NCBI GenBank assembly: GCA_964466545.1
Contig: CAYXNQ010000002.1
Location: 1 to 39,534 of the forward strand
Direction: 5' to 3'
DNA length: 39,534 nt
Origin: an uncultured Lachnospiraceae bacterium
Lineage (GTDB): Bacteria; Bacillota; Clostridia; Oscillospirales; CAG-272
Of the stretch, positions 36,313-39,534 are shown piece after piece; position 1 is the stretch's first letter; each line of letters opens with the position of its first letter. The notes under the pieces were generated by a model that worked only from the letters and a program-made list of their open reading frames with translations, searched no databases and was not told the origin of the DNA. Made by a program: the position numbers and the translations under genes.

Positions 36313-36846
36313 ATGGTTCATTTTTCGATTATCGCAAGAAAAGTCAAAGGAGATCTCAGGTTACTGCGCAGTAGCAGCAACGGAAACATATTTTCCGCGG
36401 TTATATCGGCTTCGATAATGTTTGCGGTTATGTTAATATGCAAATTCGGCTCCGAAATTTACAACAGAACTACCGTCAGGATTCCGGCAATAATGCCGTC
36501 GAGATTTCTACTCAATATCAGTATGCTGTGCATTGCCGCAATATTGGGATTTACATTTTCGTGTATAATACACGGCGGGTGGTTATTGAACAGCGGGGCT
36601 TCCGGTGTAAATTATCTGAATATGTTCCTCGCCGCTGTGTTTTTCATTTTATGGTATCCGCTGTTTTTCGGTGCCAAAACATTCTTTTTTTCAATCCTAT
36701 CATTGTTATCGGCTGCTTTTTTTGCCTATCTTACGCTAAGAAAAATCAGATGCACGAATATTTTGCTTATAGGCTTAATTATTGCGACAATAATATATGA
36801 AATTATCCTTATTTTGTCAAACGTCGCATATATTTTTTTGAATTAA
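36313..36846 (+). CDS. Hypothetical multi-pass membrane protein
   Basis: ATG 36313 lies 5 nt after GAGG. There are about 5 hydrophobic helices. A faint W..LFF-type resemblance to TspO/MBR proteins is unverified. Confidence 0.55.
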   Translation: MVHFSIIARKVKGDLRLLRSSSNGNIFSAVISASIMFAVMLICKFGSEIYNRTTVRIPAIMPSRFLLNISMLCIAAILGFTFSCIIHGGWLLNSGASGVNYLNMFLAAVFFILWYPLFFGAKTFFFSILSLLSAAFFAYLTLRKIRCTNILLIGLIIATIIYEIILILSNVAYIFLN

Positions 36847-36868
36847 TTGTTAAATAGCGACACATCTA

Positions 36869-36897
36869 TTGACAATTAGCATCATTTATTGTATAAT
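36869..36897 (+). promoter_or_regulatory. Perfect-consensus sigmaA promoter TTGACA-17-TATAAT
   Basis: -35 at 36869-36874 and -10 at 36892-36897. It lies upstream of the lipoprotein gene. Confidence 0.7.
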
Positions 36898-36938
36898 TAG
36901 CTCAGCATTACAAATACGCTATAAGGAGTTTTCAAAAA

Positions 36939-37385
36939 ATGACACGTATTAAATTTATCGCATTGCTGCTTATCGTTTGTATGTTCCCGATAGCTCTTTT
37001 CGGTTGCAATAACAGCACTGAAAAAGTTTCTTACACTGTGACGGTCAGTGGAAAGGTCGAAAATTCAGACCAAAATCTTTTCGGTCCTATCGAGATAACA
37101 ATTGAGCAAAAAGCCAGCCTGAAGACAGCTCCCGTCGTTCTTGATGCACTTGCAGACGCGCTCCATGAGGTCGGTATGACAATTAAATATACCGAAGATG
37201 AGCAGAATGTATCTGCAATCGGTGACAAGGCAGAAAAATCTGTGGTAGATGATGACGGAAACATTATTGAAGATTATTTCTGGGAATTTACTGTTAACGG
37301 TGAAAAGCCCTCCGGTCGTGCCGGCGCAGTAGAAATTCAAACCGGCGATGTGATCGAGTTTGTTTTCGTTCATGTAACATATTAA
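36939..37385 (+). CDS. Lipoprotein with a DUF4430-like (transcobalamin-like) domain
   Basis: AAGGAG RBS. Signal peptide with lipobox LFGC. The C-terminus YFWEFTVNGEKPSGRAGAVEIQTGDVIEFVF resembles DUF4430. Confidence 0.7.
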   Translation: MTRIKFIALLLIVCMFPIALFGCNNSTEKVSYTVTVSGKVENSDQNLFGPIEITIEQKASLKTAPVVLDALADALHEVGMTIKYTEDEQNVSAIGDKAEKSVVDDDGNIIEDYFWEFTVNGEKPSGRAGAVEIQTGDVIEFVFVHVTY

Positions 37386-37409
37386 TTGCGAATCGTCAGA
37401 ATATATCAA

Positions 37410-37447
37410 GTCGAGACACGCTACTAAAGTGTGTCTCGGCTTTTTTT
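37410..37447 (+). terminator. Rho-independent terminator after the lipoprotein gene
   Basis: GTCGAGACAC (37410-37419) pairs with GTGTCTCGGC (37431-37440), followed by T7. Confidence 0.85.
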
Positions 37448-37463
37448 GTGTTCCGTTTATAAT

Positions 37464-37496
37464 ACGACAGCTTTCCTTAAATTTAAGTGATATAAT
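37464..37496 (+). promoter_or_regulatory. Candidate spoIIG-type promoter (overlong spacer, 0A-box-like element)
   Basis: TATAAT at 37491-37496. ACGACA at 37464-37469 lies 21 nt upstream. Its complement TGTCGTA is a 6/7 match to the Spo0A box TGTCGAA. Confidence 0.35.
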
Positions 37497-37522
37497 AAAA
37501 AAAATGATTACGGATCACCAAT

Positions 37523-38350
37523 ATGATTATTTATATTGATATTTATTTCATTATTAACTTTTTTGTCGACTATCTCTCGCTCGTTATTACCGCACGTATA
37601 TTAAAAAGGAGATTTCCTTTTCTTGTCCCTCTCATCTCGTCGGGCATATGTTCCGTCATTGCCACCGCTGGAATACTTTTTCAACTGCCGTATATATTAC
37701 AGTTATTGATCAATCTTGCAGCTTTCATTGTTAATAACGGAATCGTATTCAAATATCACTCGTTCAAAGATTTCATTGTAAATATGTCTATCATATTCTC
37801 CGTCGGTGTTGCAATCGCCGGAGCTACCGAAACTATCGAAACAATTTCGATAATGGTAACGCCGCGCTCAAGCTTCATAAAATTGACAATTTTTATTGTT
37901 TTCGCTTTACTTACAAATATAGCACTACATAAAATCCTTGCAATTCCTTTTACGCCTACAACTTGCGAAGTACAAATACGATTGTGCGACAAAGTAACAA
38001 AATTCCACGCATTGATTGACACAGGCTCGTTTTTAAGAGAGCCGATAACCCAAAGACCTATATTATTAATCAGCAATGAAATACTTTCCGAGCTTGAAAG
38101 ATCAAATGAAGCACTCTTAAAAACAGAAAACGGAAAAAGTGCGCCGCTTTCCTGTGTTCAGATTTCTTCAAAGGGTATAGGCGGCAAAACCACACTTCGC
38201 GTATTTGAATGTAACGAAGTAAAAATTAAAGTTGGCAGGCACACTTTTCTCAGCGACGCCCTTATTGGATATTCGCCCGAACTGTCAGGAAAATTTTCAA
38301 ATTGCGACGCAATAATCCCTAACGCCGCAATTTCATTAAATAATAATTAG
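37523..38350 (+). CDS. spoIIGA: Sigma-E processing peptidase SpoIIGA
   Basis: The N-terminus IYIDIYFIINFFVDYLSL is typical of the family. There are five TM helices. The aspartic protease motif ALIDTGSFLREPIT is present. Confidence 0.9.
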   Translation: MIIYIDIYFIINFFVDYLSLVITARILKRRFPFLVPLISSGICSVIATAGILFQLPYILQLLINLAAFIVNNGIVFKYHSFKDFIVNMSIIFSVGVAIAGATETIETISIMVTPRSSFIKLTIFIVFALLTNIALHKILAIPFTPTTCEVQIRLCDKVTKFHALIDTGSFLREPITQRPILLISNEILSELERSNEALLKTENGKSAPLSCVQISSKGIGGKTTLRVFECNEVKIKVGRHTFLSDALIGYSPELSGKFSNCDAIIPNAAISLNNN

Positions 38351-38359
38351 GAGATCGGC

Positions 38360-39082
38360 ATGAAACTATCAAGAAAGCTGTACACAAAGTGTTATGAAAA
38401 GCTACTCGCGTTTTTTCAAAAAATAAATTTCATTTCTCCATGCGAGGCTTATTATATAAACGGACCGGACATACTGCCGCCCCCGCTGACGCCGGAGAGA
38501 GAAAATGAAATCCTCAGTCAATCCGAACTTACTCCCGAATTAAAATCCGAGCTGATTGAACATAATTTAAGACTTGTGGTCTATATAGCAAAAAAATTTG
38601 AAAACACCGGAATCGGAATTGAAGATCTGATCTCCATTGGTACGATTGGATTAATAAAATCCGTAAATACACACAAAACCGATAAAAATATTAAGCTCGC
38701 AACCTACGCGTCTCGCTGTATAGAAAATGAAATTTTAATGTTCATGAGAAAATCTTCACAATTAAAGCATGACGTTTCAATTGATGAACCGCTAAATATA
38801 GACTGGGACGGCAACGAGCTTTTGCTTTCCGACGTTCTGTTTTCCGATGGTGACAGCGTTAGCGGAAAAATTGAAAAGGATGAAGATGAGCTTGCTGTCC
38901 GCCGTGCCGTGCAAGATTTATCCGAGAGGGAACGAACGATAATCAAATTACGGTATGGTTTCGGAGGCGAAAGATCATATACGCAGAAAGAGGTCGCCGA
39001 TATGCTCGGTATTTCGCAATCATATATATCACGCTTAGAAAAAAAGATCATCGAAGAGCTGAAAATTAAAATGTGTCTGTAG
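38360..39082 (+). CDS. sigE: RNA polymerase sporulation sigma factor E (pro-sigma-E)
   Basis: GGAGATCGGC RBS. Pro-sequence followed by YYINGPDILPPPLT. Region 2 is HNLRLVVYIAKKF. Region 4 is TQKEVADMLGISQSYISRLEKK. Confidence 0.93.
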   Translation: MKLSRKLYTKCYEKLLAFFQKINFISPCEAYYINGPDILPPPLTPERENEILSQSELTPELKSELIEHNLRLVVYIAKKFENTGIGIEDLISIGTIGLIKSVNTHKTDKNIKLATYASRCIENEILMFMRKSSQLKHDVSIDEPLNIDWDGNELLLSDVLFSDGDSVSGKIEKDEDELAVRRAVQDLSERERTIIKLRYGFGGERSYTQKEVADMLGISQSYISRLEKKIIEELKIKMCL

Positions 39083-39097
39083 AAACGTCGTAATATC

Positions 39098-39126
39098 TTG
39101 ACTTTGAAGCGGCTTGGACGTATAAT
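39098..39126 (+). promoter_or_regulatory. SigmaA promoter TTGACT-17-TATAAT
   Basis: -35 at 39098-39103 and -10 at 39121-39126, downstream of sigE. Confidence 0.6.
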
Positions 39127-39164
39127 AAATATAGTTATAAAATTACTCAGAGCTGATAAAATTT

Positions 39165-39534
39165 ATGAATAAAGATACACAATCTAACGTTGCTGTAAAT
39201 TTTGAACGCAATCTGAGCTGGATCAATTCACGACGCGCACTACTTGATTCGGCAGAGCGCGGACTATTGCATGAAATAGCTGAAAAAGATATTTTTGAAG
39301 CCAAAACGCTTAACGACTGTTATAAAGATCTATTGAGCATATTCAAAGCCGATCATTTATATACGCTGTTTGCCAAATATTTAATGGAGTTTCGCAGTAT
39401 TATCAATAATTATTCTTCACAGCGTACATTGAAACACACACACGCAATTTTTGAAAATGATTATTATGAATTGCCCGCGACTGCACGTGGAAGATGCGCT
39501 TATTTCAGAAATGTATATACTGATATAGCTTATT
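39165..39534 (+). CDS. Hypothetical protein, 3' end cut by the window edge
   Basis: Hand translation from ATG 39165 (MNKDTQSNVAVNFERNLSWINSRRALLD...) stays open for 123 codons to the window end. There is no clear Shine-Dalgarno site and I recognise no family. It is not sigG-like. Confidence 0.4.
   Translation, partial: MNKDTQSNVAVNFERNLSWINSRRALLDSAERGLLHEIAEKDIFEAKTLNDCYKDLLSIFKADHLYTLFAKYLMEFRSIINNYSSQRTLKHTHAIFENDYYELPATARGRCAYFRNVYTDIAY

Noticed and set aside
1-39534. Defence islands, toxin-antitoxin pairs, prophage or IS remnants, retron- or DGR-like elements, and large non-coding RNAs
   Set aside because: Every gap longer than about 100 nt is accounted for by promoters, leaders or terminators. 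No integrase, transposase, reverse transcriptase or nuclease-type ORFs were seen on either strand, and no long direct or inverted repeats.

Overview
This 39.5-kb segment looks like core chromosome of an endospore-forming Firmicute, probably Clostridia-like. It carries spoIVA, spoIIGA-sigE and a SpoIID-family gene, and shows low-GC style sigmaA promoters and Shine-Dalgarno sites. Genes are tightly packed and many are translationally coupled. I saw no rRNA, tRNA, CRISPR array, transposase, integrase, phage gene or obvious defence island.

Layout:
(1) 1-4956: the 3' part of a GyrA/ParC-family topoisomerase gene, then a membrane-anchored coiled-coil protein overlapping a 743-aa SpoIID-family protein.
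(2) 5083-15886: one long nucleotide operon, pyrC-carA-carB-pyrK-pyrD-pyrF-pyrE-pyrB-pyrI-purC. It sits behind a near-consensus promoter and a leader with terminator, antiterminator and anti-antiterminator helices.
(3) Minus strand: spoIVA, serC-serA, and a phosphofructokinase-fold gene.
(4) A cation:proton antiporter and a small membrane protein.
(5) 23362-36299: nusB, a TsaD/Kae1-like gene, xseB, ispA, tlyA, nadK, argR, recN, tyrS, a HAD hydrolase, murB, whiA and a class A PBP.
(6) A membrane protein, a DUF4430-like lipoprotein, spoIIGA-sigE, and a partial unknown ORF.

I did not find a self-contained novel multi-gene system. The strongest observations are at residue level:
- The pyr-operon CarA has lost all three residues of the glutamine amidotransferase triad (Cys to Ser, His to Gln, Glu to Asp).
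- A PFK-fold protein next to serCA has every catalytic or substrate motif I can recall degenerated.
- A TsaD/Kae1 paralogue is coupled to nusB where xseA normally sits, leaving xseB without a neighbouring partner.
- WhiA lacks its first domain.
- TyrS has TAGH in place of HIGH and no T-box leader.

All calls come from reading the sequence and from remembered family motifs. No searches were run.
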